In this document: positions 45,401 to 57,900 of the stretch, in pieces
How positions within the stretch are numbered: position 1 is the stretch's first letter
Layout: each line of letters begins with the position of its first letter
Source of the DNA: a virus
Taxonomy: Duplodnaviria > Caudoviricetes
IMG/VR virus record: IMGVR_UViG_3300032213_001974
Span: 1 to 61,885 of that record
Strand: one strand, 5' to 3'
DNA length: 61,885 nucleotides
Notes under the pieces: model-generated
The model's input: only the letters and a program-made list of their open reading frames with translations
Database searches by the model: none
Told to the model about the DNA's origin: nothing
Made by a program: the position numbers and the translations under genes

Positions 45401-47647
45401 ATGCCAGAAGAACCTACAATATCTCTACTCAGAGCGAGTGCGGTGTACGATAGGCTGATAGCGGATTCTTGCAATGCCATACTTACTGGCATTGGTAGTT
45501 CGTTTGCTAGCACATTGGAGCCACGGCAGCAAGAAATCCTCGACCCCGCACCTGTAATCAACTACGACGTATGGGAAGAGTTTGAATGCAATGACAATGC
45601 ATACTTTTATGCAGCCCATGTCCCTGTGGTATCTGACAGGTGCCTTGTGGTATCTGATGATGGCCCTATGGTATCTGACGAGTACCTTGTGGTATCTGAT
45701 GATGGCCCTACGGTCTATGATCCAAGTTTCAATGCAGTAAGAGCCGACACAACAACACCAGCAACCGCAATGCTAACTATGAAATACATATACGAATACG
45801 AAGGCCGACCAGTCATCATTGGTGACCGGATCGGGGAATACACAATCGCGGATTTCAGCGGAGACCTAGTTCGTGTAGAAGAAGTCTTGCCGGAATCTGT
45901 TCGTTACGAAAAGTACACAAACTGGGCGTGGGCGCGCCTTCTAGGCGTCATACCAAACCCTATCCCGGAATCCGGAATCTTTAATCGCATTACAGGTGAG
46001 AGGATTTCCTGCGAAGCTGGGACTGTACTGCCTGACGGAAGTACCATCCAGTGGTTTGACGAGAGTAGCAAAAACATCTACTGCGGAATCATGAATCATT
46101 CCGGACTCGTAAGTAGCACGTTCACTGCTGACTCTCTGACCAAGATGGGCTTGGAGATCCGCCACAACATGACTGCGGATATTATCAAGCAGGTACCACG
46201 ATTCCTGCGCAAGGGAGTTACCTGTATCAAGGTGGGTAGATCGTTCGTGCCAGCCGAGCAGGCAGTCTGGAGTCGCGGAGAGAAGAAATACATTCGCCTC
46301 GACAACGCAGTGCAGATCGACCTGACTTGGATGTCCAAGGATAACCCGAAGCTGGTCCAGTTTCTGGATGGGAGTTACGGGATGCCGGGTTCCGGGTACG
46401 CGATTACCGGAGGTCCGAACGCCGGGCAATTCGTTCGTAACCGGGCAGAGCGTGCGCAATGCGGCGATAGGTGGTACCCAGTCGTAGAACTGATTCCGGT
46501 TTACTACCGGGATGTTGAGCCTTGGGATTACCGCTTGACTGAGCCTGTCAATGACGACGGCTTTGAAAAGGTCAATGGTGAGTGGTGCTTGGCTGGTTAC
46601 TCGGTAACCCTAGCAGACGGGTCCGTGTGCGCTCGCCACCGCGCGTACCGGGTGCTCACTGGTTTTCGACCAGAGCCGCTAAGCGGTTGCACGGAAGAGT
46701 GGATTCTTCGCGAGACACTTGAAGACGTGGCGCGGTACTGCCCGGAGTGTGGGGCTTGGTCATTGCTCTCCTTTATGGCGGGTAGCGAGTGCAGGAGCTG
46801 CGCCGCCCGTAGTCGCACCCGCATCCGCAACTACTCGAACAACTACGCCAATAGTCTGATTCCTGAAGAGGACATCCCGATCAAGTTCGGCATCGAACTC
46901 GAAGTGGGGACCGACAAGGGAACCGGCATTGAACAGTGTGCGACCACCATGGCGGACGCACTCAGCGATCGTGAGGACTTTGCGAATTACGGAGTCTTCA
47001 AGATGGACGGGTCGATTCAGTGTGGCGGATTCGAGGTGGTGACAAGACCGGACTCGCCTGCCGTCCACAAGCGGATCTGGTCCAAGGCTCTCGCCGTGCC
47101 GAAAGTCCGCGAGCAGATGTCCAGCTGGAGCAACCGTTACTGCGGCATGCACATCCACGTCAGCCGCGCACCGCTAAGTACTCTGTGGATCGGGCGTATC
47201 TTGGTGACGATCAACTCCCCGGACATGTCCTCCTTGGTGACGGCAGTCGCCGGGCGCGGGTCAATGAATTACGCGCAGCGTGAAGACAAGCGCCTAACCA
47301 GTGGCAAGAGCCGCTACGGCGACAGGTACGAAGCGGTCAACACTACTGGGCAACATACCATCGAGTTCCGGATCTTCCGTGGCACGTTGGACCCCAAGGG
47401 GTTTGTCCGCAACGTGGAGTTCGTTGAAGCGGTGCTCGACTTCACCCGCCCTGCGAGCACCAGCCTGCGGGACATCGGCAAGGTCGAGAGCTTCGTGGAG
47501 TTCATCAAGAAGTCCCGCAAGGCTTACCCAGTCTTGTTCGACTTCCTGACCACCAAGGGATTCATCGACGACCCTAAAGTGGAATACAGGGCGGGCAAGA
47601 AATCAGTGCGTGTCCAGCGACATATGGATGAGCCTACCCCGTTCTAA
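45401..47647 (+). CDS. putative amidoligase (COOH-NH2 ligase) 2 with long N-terminal extension and zinc ribbon
   Basis: FGIELEV, KMDGSI..GFEVVT, CGMHIHVS, RYEAVN, TIEFRIFRGTL; CPEC...CRSC; start uncertain (45401, 45770 or 45779). Confidence 0.85.
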   Translation: MPEEPTISLLRASAVYDRLIADSCNAILTGIGSSFASTLEPRQQEILDPAPVINYDVWEEFECNDNAYFYAAHVPVVSDRCLVVSDDGPMVSDEYLVVSDDGPTVYDPSFNAVRADTTTPATAMLTMKYIYEYEGRPVIIGDRIGEYTIADFSGDLVRVEEVLPESVRYEKYTNWAWARLLGVIPNPIPESGIFNRITGERISCEAGTVLPDGSTIQWFDESSKNIYCGIMNHSGLVSSTFTADSLTKMGLEIRHNMTADIIKQVPRFLRKGVTCIKVGRSFVPAEQAVWSRGEKKYIRLDNAVQIDLTWMSKDNPKLVQFLDGSYGMPGSGYAITGGPNAGQFVRNRAERAQCGDRWYPVVELIPVYYRDVEPWDYRLTEPVNDDGFEKVNGEWCLAGYSVTLADGSVCARHRAYRVLTGFRPEPLSGCTEEWILRETLEDVARYCPECGAWSLLSFMAGSECRSCAARSRTRIRNYSNNYANSLIPEEDIPIKFGIELEVGTDKGTGIEQCATTMADALSDREDFANYGVFKMDGSIQCGGFEVVTRPDSPAVHKRIWSKALAVPKVREQMSSWSNRYCGMHIHVSRAPLSTLWIGRILVTINSPDMSSLVTAVAGRGSMNYAQREDKRLTSGKSRYGDRYEAVNTTGQHTIEFRIFRGTLDPKGFVRNVEFVEAVLDFTRPASTSLRDIGKVESFVEFIKKSRKAYPVLFDFLTTKGFIDDPKVEYRAGKKSVRVQRHMDEPTPF
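45620..45724. repeat. 21-bp tandem repeat x5 with 42-bp higher-order period
   Basis: core C(C/T)TRTGGTATCTGA; units 2 and 4 differ at one base. Confidence 0.9.
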
Positions 47648-47649
47648 GC

Positions 47650-47925
47650 ATGATCGAGTTCCTGCTTACCTGCTCCAGACTTGGGGCGACACGCTGCTCC
47701 ACCTTCGCCGTGCTGGTCGCGGCGGGGGTGGATGGGGTCAACTCGAAAGAGCTGGCCGAAGTGCTCAAGGTCCCTGTCCGCTTTGCCAAGTCGGCACTGA
47801 GGCGGGCAGAGACCGAGGGCTTGCTTAACAAAACAAACTGGCTCCGCAACGGTTTCGTGGTTTACCGCTTGACCGGACTCGGAGGATCCAGAGTGACAGA
47901 ATTGAAGAAAGCATTTACACCATGA
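47650..47925 (+). CDS. winged-helix DNA-binding protein
   Basis: SKELAEVLKVP...ALRR...GLL...VYRLT..G. Confidence 0.65.
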   Translation: MIEFLLTCSRLGATRCSTFAVLVAAGVDGVNSKELAEVLKVPVRFAKSALRRAETEGLLNKTNWLRNGFVVYRLTGLGGSRVTELKKAFTP

Positions 47926-48076
47926 ACAAACAACTGCTATACCGACTGGCAGGGGGCTCGCTCCCCTGCCCTGCTGAAGTAAGGGCTGCCTCCCACCGAC
48001 TGGTGGTTGGCGGTTCCGACAGCGACGACATCAAGATCGTCTCCGACTACATCAAAACACTAGACACACAAGACAC

Positions 48077-48826
48077 ATGAAACACGCACAAGAACTGAAG
48101 ACCCTACTCGATTCCGGAATCACGATTCAGGAAGTCGCATCCCGGTTGGGGATCAAGGTAAGCTACGCTAACATGATCCGAAGCAGGATGAAGATCGAAG
48201 CCCCTGCCTGCTCCGAAACCAGCAAGGCCCGCCGCATCATGGACATCGCCAAGTTGATGGGCGAGGGCAAGTCGGACTGGGAAATCGCGAACGCCTTGGA
48301 CATCTCCGCCCAGAGGTTGGCCTACCTCCAGCTGGGCGGTGGGTTGCGTGAACCACGCAAGCGTGGACGAAAGCCCAACAGCGCACAGCGCCCGGAGCAG
48401 ATCAAGAAACTGCTGGGCGAGGGCAAGTCGGCACCTGAAGTAGCCAAGGAACTCGGCATCAAACCGAACACCATCTATCAGGTGTGCAGCCGCAACAAGA
48501 TTCCGATCCCCAAGTCCTCGTCAGCGAGGAAGAAAGCCCTCGATGCGGAGATCATCCGCCTGCGGGAACTTGGAATCAATGACGCGGGAGTGGCGCACAT
48601 CACTGGCCTCAACCCGGATCTGCTCTACACCTACCAGCCGAAGGGCAGAGGCCGACCCAAGAACAGCAACGATGAACTGGTGATCGAGGCGCTACGTCGA
48701 GGCGATAGCGTGGACGAGATCAGTCTTTCGTTGAACCTGATGCCGGGAACGGTGATCAATTATGGGCGAAGACACGGGTTCTCGTTCAAGAAGAGTTATG
48801 TCCTTAAAGAAGGAGGTGTGGCATGA
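48077..48826 (+). CDS. multi-HTH protein with AT-hook-like motifs
   Basis: four to five L..G.S..EIA..L.I units; RKRGRKP and KGRGRPK. Confidence 0.75.
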   Translation: MKHAQELKTLLDSGITIQEVASRLGIKVSYANMIRSRMKIEAPACSETSKARRIMDIAKLMGEGKSDWEIANALDISAQRLAYLQLGGGLREPRKRGRKPNSAQRPEQIKKLLGEGKSAPEVAKELGIKPNTIYQVCSRNKIPIPKSSSARKKALDAEIIRLRELGINDAGVAHITGLNPDLLYTYQPKGRGRPKNSNDELVIEALRRGDSVDEISLSLNLMPGTVINYGRRHGFSFKKSYVLKEGGVA

Positions 48827-48869
48827 ACCCGGAATCACTTACCCCGCACTAGACGAATAACCACACATC

Positions 48870-48907
48870 AAAAGCGGCACCTGCTTCACGGCGGGTGCCG
48901 CTTTTTT
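48870..48907. terminator. bidirectional intrinsic terminator between convergent blocks
   Basis: AAAAGCGGCACCTGC-TTCACG-GCGGGTGCCGCTTTTTT. Confidence 0.9.
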
Positions 48908-48911
48908 GCGT

Positions 48912-51900
48912 TCACGGCTTCAGCACTTGAACTGCCGGGTACTTGAGCGACTCCGCTACGATCAGTTTCAGGCGACCTGCGCCATTGCCATCCGCCTTCT
49001 GGCCTGCGTCGTAGTAATCCTTGAGGTCATCGCGGGATGGAGTCCAGCGGTCAGTGACGTTATTCAGCGCCTTATTCAGTCGGTCCTTGGAGAATCCGGC
49101 CTCATTACTTGTGCTGAACAGCTGACCTCGGGTCATGCCCATATTCTCGTATGACCGCATCATTTCAGCAGCACGCCCGAATGCAGCGACTCGCGCGCGG
49201 TTGGCTTTCTGAACTGCTTCGGTAATCTGGTCTCCATCAAGCGGAGATCGGGATTTCAGGATTCCAGTTGCTCGGCGGGACTGCGAGTAGGTCAAGGCTG
49301 CACTGCGGATCGCCCGATTGTGGTAGGTGCTGACATCTTCAACGCGGGGGCGAACTCCGAGCAGTTCTCCAGCGAAGATCTCAAGGCGATTGCTGGCCTT
49401 GTCGTCCTCGGTTACTGGCTTCTTAGAACCCTTCTCGCCCGACATCAAGTTCTCCACGAAGCTAGCTACGGGTGGTTTGTACCCTTGGCTTAGCGCATAT
49501 GTAGTGCGGGTAATCAGCGCCTCAAGGAAAGGAGTGTCTCCCGTGGTGATCGGATTGCCCTTCTCGTCCTTGTTGTTGAGTGATTCCATCGCCGCTCCAA
49601 TCGCGATTTGGTCGCCAATCAGCTGGCCAGTCACCCATTTCGCGGCTACCGCGGGTATCTCCGCTTCCTTACCAGTGCGAATCAGTTCATATGACCGCAT
49701 GATCAGGTCAGTGTAGATCGCAGTCGGGTTGATGAAGGTCATGTCCAGCGAGCGGATCTTGTCACCTACCTGCGTGAAGTAAACCGTGTTGCCCTTCTGC
49801 CAGTCGGCGAGGCCCTCGCGCAGGGCTTGGTCGCGGCGAAGCTCGTCGCCGTTGCGCGGCAGGAAGTAGTTCAAGATGCTGTCCGCTGTTACGTCCTCGT
49901 CGTCTCCGAAAGCGGCGGCGAAAGCGAGGCTGACTACGCCTGCCACAGTAAGCGGCATCAGCGTGAGCGTGGTCAGGAAACCAGCAAGGCGCTGGTTTCC
50001 TCGCTTGCGGATGACCTCGTTATCGCTGGCGCGTTCCTCGCTGGAGAGCTTAACTGTCTCGATCATGACGCGGGCGACTTCCGCCTTGAAGCGTGCGAAC
50101 GGCGCGATCAGGGAACCGAGGCCGGACTTGGTGAAGCTGGTGACTACCGGGAAAACCTGCGAGTGAGTCTGCGTGGTGCGCAGGACTTTGGCCGCGGCTT
50201 CCTTCTTGAGGCGGGCTTCCGTCCAAGTCTCATCACCTTTGTAGGCTTCACGCAGGACTGCAAGTTCGTTCTCGAACATACCGATGCGGAGGTTGGACGA
50301 GATCGTGTTGTTCAAGTTCGCACCGAAGGCGAGGGTCTTGGGCACGACCCCAACGGCTTTCTTCCAGTAGGCTTCGCCCTGTGCGGCGAGCGCGCTGCGC
50401 TCCACCTTGTTGAGTGCGGCTTCCGCGTCCGTGGCGAGGCCAGCAATCTGATCGCGCAGCGCCTGCGTGCTGGACTCGTCACCGAGTACGCCGAGTTCGA
50501 TAAGCTCGCGGATGTACGCCTCGTGCTCCCCCGGAGTCTTGGCGAAAGACGATCCCTTCGACTGGAACCACCGCTTAAAGTTGAGTGGGTTTAGCAGTAC
50601 ACCTTGGAGCGGAGCAAAGAATGCAAAATCGGACACGGCATTTCTGGTGTAGAATCCGACCGACAGCAGTGTCTTTGCCGCCATCGCGCCTCCCGCAGCT
50701 GCCCGCAGGACCTTGATACCGTTACGCACCGCCTGATCGGCAGTGTCTTCCAGCTCGGGGGAGCTTTTTGAGAAGATCGTATCGAAGGCTTTCTTGAACT
50801 CTGGTGGGCCATAAGCTCCATCGAGCGGTGCGTCGTACGCTGGGTTCGCCCCGGAGAGTTTGACGTAGCCCTTCTGGTTGGCGACGACCGGGTCCTTGGT
50901 GATCCATCCGCCGTCAAGCCCAGCCTCAAGCGTGCTTGTCAGCAGGTCCTGATTGGCGGCGAGCTTGGAGACGCTGATCAGCGAACGAGTTGCCGCTTCA
51001 ATAGGGTCGGTGATTTCTCCGAGAGCGGCGCGTAGCCAAGCCGGGAGTTCGCTCTTCTCCATGAAGCGACCAAGCTCCTGACGCAGCTCATTGGCGCGAG
51101 CAGAGCGGACTACTGGTTCCGTAGCTCCTTCCTCGAACAACGCCTTCTCGACATCCACTGCGAGAATTTGCCCAGTGGCGAGACTCGCCGCGTTTTTGTC
51201 CATGCTGGCGACGAACTCGTCGAACATGACTTGAGCCCGAGCAGGCGTGTCACGCAGGACCGCAGCCTTGATCTCTGCTGGCGAGAACTCCGGATGCTCC
51301 TTCTTGATTTCAGCTTCCAGTGTCTTGCTGGCCTTGTTGGTGTAGTGCCTGAGTGCGTCGTCGCGGATCTTCTGGAAGTCGATCATGGAGTTGCCGACCT
51401 GCGCGATACCAGCGGACTTCAGCAGCTTGGTCCAGCCAGTCTGCGTAAAGGCATAGTAGGAGCGTGTCAGGTAGATCCCCATGTTGGCGTCGATCACGGC
51501 GCGGATATCATCCGGCGTGAACGGGTTGGTGGCGATCTTTCCGGAAGCCTTGTCGATTGCGGCGCGTGCGTCCTCGATTACCTTGACTACCTTCGGTGGC
51601 AGCTTGGCTTTCGCTTCGGCGGCTGCGGCGCGGGCCTTGTCGGCGATCAGCTGATATTCCTTGACCACGCGACTCTTATGGCGTGCAACCGAATCAGCGA
51701 TCCCCTTATCATGAATCAGCTTGTCCGATTCAGTCTTTGCGGAATCCTCGAATGTCTTCTCAATGTTCGCGATCTCGCCGTCCAGCACCGCTTCGATCTG
51801 GGCCATGCGCGCCTTGGAGATCACCAGTCCGGTGTCGCCCATCGCGTTGCGGACCAGTGTCAGGTTCTCATCGTTGATGACTCCGGACTTGATGAACGCC

Positions 51901-54900
51901 TGCATCTGGTTGTTGAACTGTTCGGCGATGCGGGCTACCAGACGCAGCTGGCTGTCACGACTTCCAACCAGCGCCTTGACGGAGCTTGGCAGGTCGCCCT
52001 TGAACAGGCGGCTGAACTTGCCACCCACGTCGTAGGAGTTGTCGCCGTAGTTCTTCACAGGCAGGCTGAAGCGTCCGGTGACATCGTCACGGCGAAGCAC
52101 GTTGAGCTGCTCCTCGAAACCAGTCGGCTCGGCAGGCGACACCAACTGGTCATAGACGCGGGTGGCACGCTGCACTGAAGCGGCGATCTGGCTGTCTTCG
52201 ATACCGCGGATGCGGGTAGTCAGCTTGGCAATGAACGCTTCGAGCGCACGCAGCATGCGGGAAAGTATGCCGGGGTTGCGGCGATAGAACGAGTAGTCGC
52301 TTTCGCTGATGAAACCGCTGCGGGCCTTCTCGATTTCCATGCGGACGAACTCGTCAGCGAGTTCGCGGATGCCGAGCTTTCCGGAGGCGCGGTCTTCCCG
52401 GATCCTTTCGAACCGGGCAGCTGCGTCCGGGATACTCGCCGAGTAGTAGCGATCCGCTACCTCCCACAGCTTGGCAGCTGGGAGGGTGGTGGCGATGTAG
52501 TCGATGTCCGCATCGCTCAGGGTGCTGAACGCGGCGAGGTGGGCGATCTCGTGGTTGACGGCAGCACGGACAAAGCGGCGGGCGTTGAAGTCATCCAGTC
52601 CAGCAATCGCGTTGGCGAGCAGCTGTGGATTCACGAACACGGTATCAGGAGAGCTGGGTCGGGCGACCATCATTCCTCTCGCTGATTCGTCATACTGAAT
52701 CGTGATTCCGGATGGGGATTCTTGGGTGAGCAGCTTGGACATCTCGTCCTGCTCGACCGTGGTGGCTGTGATTTCTGGAAGCTCCCTGCTTGTCTGCTGA
52801 TCCCGGGACATCGCCACATCTTCGCTGATGCGTGTGCCATAGGGGCGCATGTTCGCCATGCCAACCAGCTTGGTCAGATCGTTCAGCGCCTTGGAGAGCT
52901 GGTCGGTCGGGCTGCCGGTCAGGAAGCGGGTGAGGAAGTCGAGGAAGCGGCGGAAGAATCCACGCTCCGGAGCGGTTTCGTAGATCGCCTTCTGGAAGTC
53001 CGGGGAAGTGAAAGCGTAGCTGACAAATTCCTCAAGTGATGCGAGACCTGCGAGCACCTGCTGCGAGTTGCCGTTGTAGGCGGACTTGATCCGCCCACGC
53101 AAGGCGTCGAGTTTCGCCACCAGCGCACGGGCACCGGCGGAGTCCGGGCTCTTGATCACCGAGACGGTGACCGCGTGGAGCATCTCGTGAACCAGAACGT
53201 CCGCCAGCCCGCGACCGTTGGAAGCGGCGAGGTTGAGGAAGATCGTATTGGATTCAGGAGAGTACTTGCCTGCCCACCCGGTATTGGGGAGGTTGACGAT
53301 CTCGATGTTCGCCTTGGCTAGAATATCGCGCTTGGCCTTGAGGAGCGAAGCAACTTCCTTGAGGCGAAGCGGAACCTTGTCGAGGGCTTCGATGGCGGAC
53401 AGGATGCTACCGCCCCGGAGGCCGAGGTCTTCCGCGTCCAGCAGGTTGTTGCGGAGGTTGGTTGCCGGATCGCTTGGAACCGCAGCAGATTCAAAGACTG
53501 CCTTGATGTCCTCGCCCACCTTGAAGTTGCGCTTCTTGGAGGCCAGCAAGGTCTGAAGCGTGTCACCGAAACGACGGAACTGTGCCTGCTTCTCCTGCGT
53601 GTAGCGGTTGTCGATCTCGCCAGCGCGGGCCGCGGCAAGCATGGTGCGGAGAACCGGGCGGGTGTATGTTGCGCCAGAGGGCAGCGAAATGACGGAGCTG
53701 TCGCTGTCCTTAGCTTTGATGTCTCCGGACTCTACAAGGCTACGAAGTTCTGCTGCCTTCTTCTTGTACTTCCTGCGGGTAGAAGCAGAGTAATCCGGAT
53801 TAAGTGCGCGCTCGTTAAGCTCCGCGATGATGCTTCGTGCGTCTTCTAGGCTGACGAACTGACTGGGAAAAACTTCATAGCGCCCCGCTTTGGATTCTAC
53901 AGATACTCCTTGCGGCTCTTCTGGAGTGAAGAACCTTTCAGGAACTGGGCGTGAGACTACGGTGCGACTTGGCCCCGGTTCGGATGGGAAGAGGTACTTC
54001 TGCATCTCCACCATCTCGGGCGAGAGAGTCTTGGACTTAGCTGCGCGATCCGCTTCACGCTTGGAAGCAAGGTCCTGCTTCAGTCCGATCTGCGCAGCTT
54101 GTTCGCGAACAAAGGCTTCGAAGTCGGCGATTGGCTTGAGCGTGGCTTCCACGACGCGGCGCATTTCCAGACCCTTGTTGGAGAGCAGGAACTGCTTGGC
54201 GCGCTGGGCTGCGGCGCGCATGTCTGCGGACAACTCGTTGCGGAATACGTCAATGAGCGCTTCTGTTGGCAGTGACTCTGCTTTGGTTACACCAAACGTA
54301 GTAGCGGCACGCTCGAATGCTTTGCGAACCTGTGGATTGGAGTCGATGTTGCTAGTTACCGCAGTGATTACTTCATCTAGCGAGGTTGGCTTTTCAGACT
54401 CTTCAATCACGTCATAGATAGTGGCCACTGCTTCTACAGCAGCGTTGTCTACACCCATGTAGAGGGGCCTCGCAATAGCTGCGTACATACTCGCCGCAAG
54501 TTCATCAGCGTCTACCTGTGAAAGGATAGCTGGAGTATCCGCGGCTTCAACACGAGCAGTCGGATCAATGAAGCTGCCTTGCTCCTTGATACGGTTGAAG
54601 TACTTCTTCTCGACTTGGGCGATAGTAGTCTTCAGCGAATTCGGGCGGCGGATCGTGGTACCATCCGCCAGCTTCTTGAAGAAGCGGGTGTTTACCCCTT
54701 CGTCTGTGCCGTTGAGTTCTGACACAAGACGATCGGCGTAGACCTTCATCGCCTGATCGGCGTTGAGCTTGGTCTTGCCCTTGGTGCTGAAGGTCTTGAT
54801 AAGCTGCGCCTGAGCGGCAGGGCCTACCTGCTTCAGGAGAAACTTGACTGGGTCCCGGCCAGCAGCGAGTTGTTCTTCGACCCGGATAGCCAAGGCAAAC

Positions 54901-57900
54901 TCGCGGAGGTCGCGGTGATAGCGGGCAAGTACTGCGAAAGCAAAGTCGGACTCATCGAACCCGTTTGCCCGGAGCTTCTGGTTGGTAGACTCAAGGATGT
55001 TCGCGTAGTTGGAGACCTGCCCGCCAAGAAGCAGCAGGCTCGCGTCGTTCATCCACACTTCCTCACCAAGTGCAATTCCGCCAGAAGACTTCTGTCCACT
55101 TGGGGATTTACCAAATAGGCGGGTAAGACTGGGTGGAACCTTCGGAAGAGACTCTGTGAACTCCACGTAAGGGCGGCTCAAGTTGTCCGGTCCGCCGACA
55201 AACTGAATCTCTTCCGGCACATAGGCGGACATCGGAGCCTTGAGGTCTCCTGCGCGCCTGACAACAGTGCCGTCAGGCAGTTCAACCTTGGTCACATACC
55301 GAGAGCTGTTGACTTTGATGCTTGGATTACGCTGTTCCAACTGAGCTTTGGGCACTCTGATGGAGAAGCCATTGTTCAACAGCCATGCAGTCATCTGCGG
55401 CGAGTTGGTGTGGAACCCAACTAGCTCTCCGTTTTCGCGTGTTACTGCGAGCTCGATGTTTACAACTTCTCCGCCTTCACGCGCGCGAGCAACAAGTTCG
55501 CGTTTCGCCTGACGCACTTCTCCGGAATCTGGTTCGCGTTCAAACTGGTAGTCGCCATTAATCAGGCGGTCCGCAATCTGCCCTTCCACACGCAGAATGG
55601 CGTCCCGCACACGCTTCACTGCGGCGCGGGCTGCTGGCTTGCGCTTTGCATCCGCTTGCTCCAGTTCGTTCAGGCGGGTTTCAAGACTGGCTTCAAGAGC
55701 AATCTTGGAAGCTTGTAGTTTCTGGCCGATGGAACTGAGGCGCACAGCAAGCGGAAACGTGATGTCCAGATCCTCGCTCGTCACGTCTGTTGGCTGCACG
55801 GGCGCTTCGTATACTGGATAAGCCGCCTGCACGTCGCGCTTCAGCGAACGGTAGAACGGTCCAGTGTACCCGAGATAACCGTAAGACTGCGAAGACAGTG
55901 CTGACTGCAACTGGTTGAGCTTGGGAACTTCGCCTTTTTCCAGATATCCTTGGTAGAGGACGTAGTCCGCATGACTCAAGAACCCAGCGGGCGAAGACGT
56001 GTCCGCAAGAAACTCGCGGGTGCTACGCTGTCCTTTGCCAAGGGACTTCAGGGCACTGGTCTTGTCGAGCAGAGGCTCAACGTCAAGCATAGTGAACTTC
56101 GCTGCCGCTGCGGCAACTTTGTCAGCGGCGGCTTGGCGCAGTTTCTTCTTGCTCGCCTTTGCGGCGGCTTCCTCGGCGAGTACTTCGTCTAGGATTGAGC
56201 GGGGCGAGAGGTCTTCTTGATCTTCACTGTCCCTTGGTGCAACTCCTTCAGGAGCGTTGCTTTCTGCTGGTCGCTTAGAGGTGACACCTTTGACAGCAGG
56301 AGCTTTACCTGCTTTGCTGACTTCTGCTGGGGCATTTTCGGTAGTAGTTGGGGTTCCGGGCGGGCGCACCGAAGAACGGTAGCCAAAAGTTTTTGGTGCC
56401 GCTGCGGGTTCAACAGGGGCTGCGCTCACTGCTTCGACTGCCGCATCGAGTAGCGCCTTCGGATTCTCCGAAGTCTCAAGTACTTCGACAACTGCCTGCA
56501 CGGCACGGGCCTTGGCGACCTTGCGCTTGGTGGCAGTAGTTGCGGGCTTCTCAGTTGCAGAGGGCTCAGGCACTTCGACCATAGCTGCGGCGAGAACTTC
56601 TTCCACCGCTTCAGGAGTCACGATTGGGGAGACAATTTCCCCTACGGCGAATTCAAGGAGATCAGCCTTCTCGGATTCCAGTTCTGCCTTGGCCGCGTCA
56701 GCCTCGGCGATGACTCCAGTAGCCTCGTCAAGTTTCGCCTGATAGACGCCAGCGAGCGCTGCGTCCTTGGGAGTCTTGTCTTCCTTCGCATTGAGGTCGG
56801 CGAGTGCCTTAGTGTAGAAGTCAAAGCGCTGGCGGGCATCCGCAGTGGTGCTGTCGTACGCGGCGAGATCGTTGTCGATCTCCTCGACACGGGCTCCGAT
56901 CTGCTGGTACCTGCCCTGCCTTGCGAAGCTTCGCTGCTGGAAAGCAGCACGCTCTTCGGGAGTGGTGTTATCGAACAGCGTCTTGATCGAGCGCTCTGCT
57001 GGAGACAACTGCGCATCGCGGGAAGCTGCTTCGGCTTCAGGAACAAAGCCGAACTCCATCTGTGCCTTGTCGATCAGCTGCGAGTCTTCAGGCGCAAGTT
57101 CCACGTTGCCGCCAAGGCGGACGCCGAGATCGTTCCAGCGAGCCATGAACGGGAATTCAAACTGGCCAGCAGTTTCCACAACGTCGCCTTCAACGGGCGA
57201 GAGATTCTGCGGAGCTACGGTTGTGGCGGGATTAGGGGCGGCTTCGTAGCGACCGTAGTAAGTGCCAGAAGGTTCGGTGATTGCGGCGTTACCAGAAGTG
57301 ATCGTGCTGCCTACCTGCTTGATCTGGTCGTCGATTCCGGAACGACGAGCCCGGAGCTGGGCGAGTACTTCCTTCTGACTGTCCGTCTGTCCCTCTTCCG
57401 GGATTCCGGATTCCACTTTCGTGATAAGGGCGTCGAGGCGGGCAGCAGTAGTCTGAAGCTCGCGGGTGCGACGGATCTGGTCCGCGGTCTGGGCGTCAAC
57501 TTCCGGAACTGGAAGACCAAGCGGGCGAGTCTTGTTGACCTGACTGCGGGCAAACACGTCGAACTCTTCCGCGTCGGCAGCGGCTTGAGCCTGTGCGGCA
57601 GCTTCTTCGTCTGCGGCGAACTGAGTGAAGCGAGTGCGGATGGTCTCCTTGTTCTGCTGGGCAATGTCCAGCTGGCGCTGGAGGAACGCAGCGGTGGCTG
57701 GAGCGCCGTTCGCCTTGAGGTTCTCGATCGTTCGACCGAGATAGCTGGCTTCAAACTCAGCCTGCTTGTACGCCGGATCAGCAAGGTAACGCTGCTCTGC
57801 AAGAGAGACCACTTCGCCAGCGCTGCCGAGAGCAAACCCGAAGGAAGCTGCAAGGGCAGCAGAGCGGGTGCTGTCGGTCAGGTCAAAGTTCTTTCCAGTC

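Noticed and set aside
45620-45724. Mini CRISPR array
   Set aside because: Period is only 21 bp with no unique spacers of CRISPR length; the Cas4-like gene is a typical replication-block nuclease
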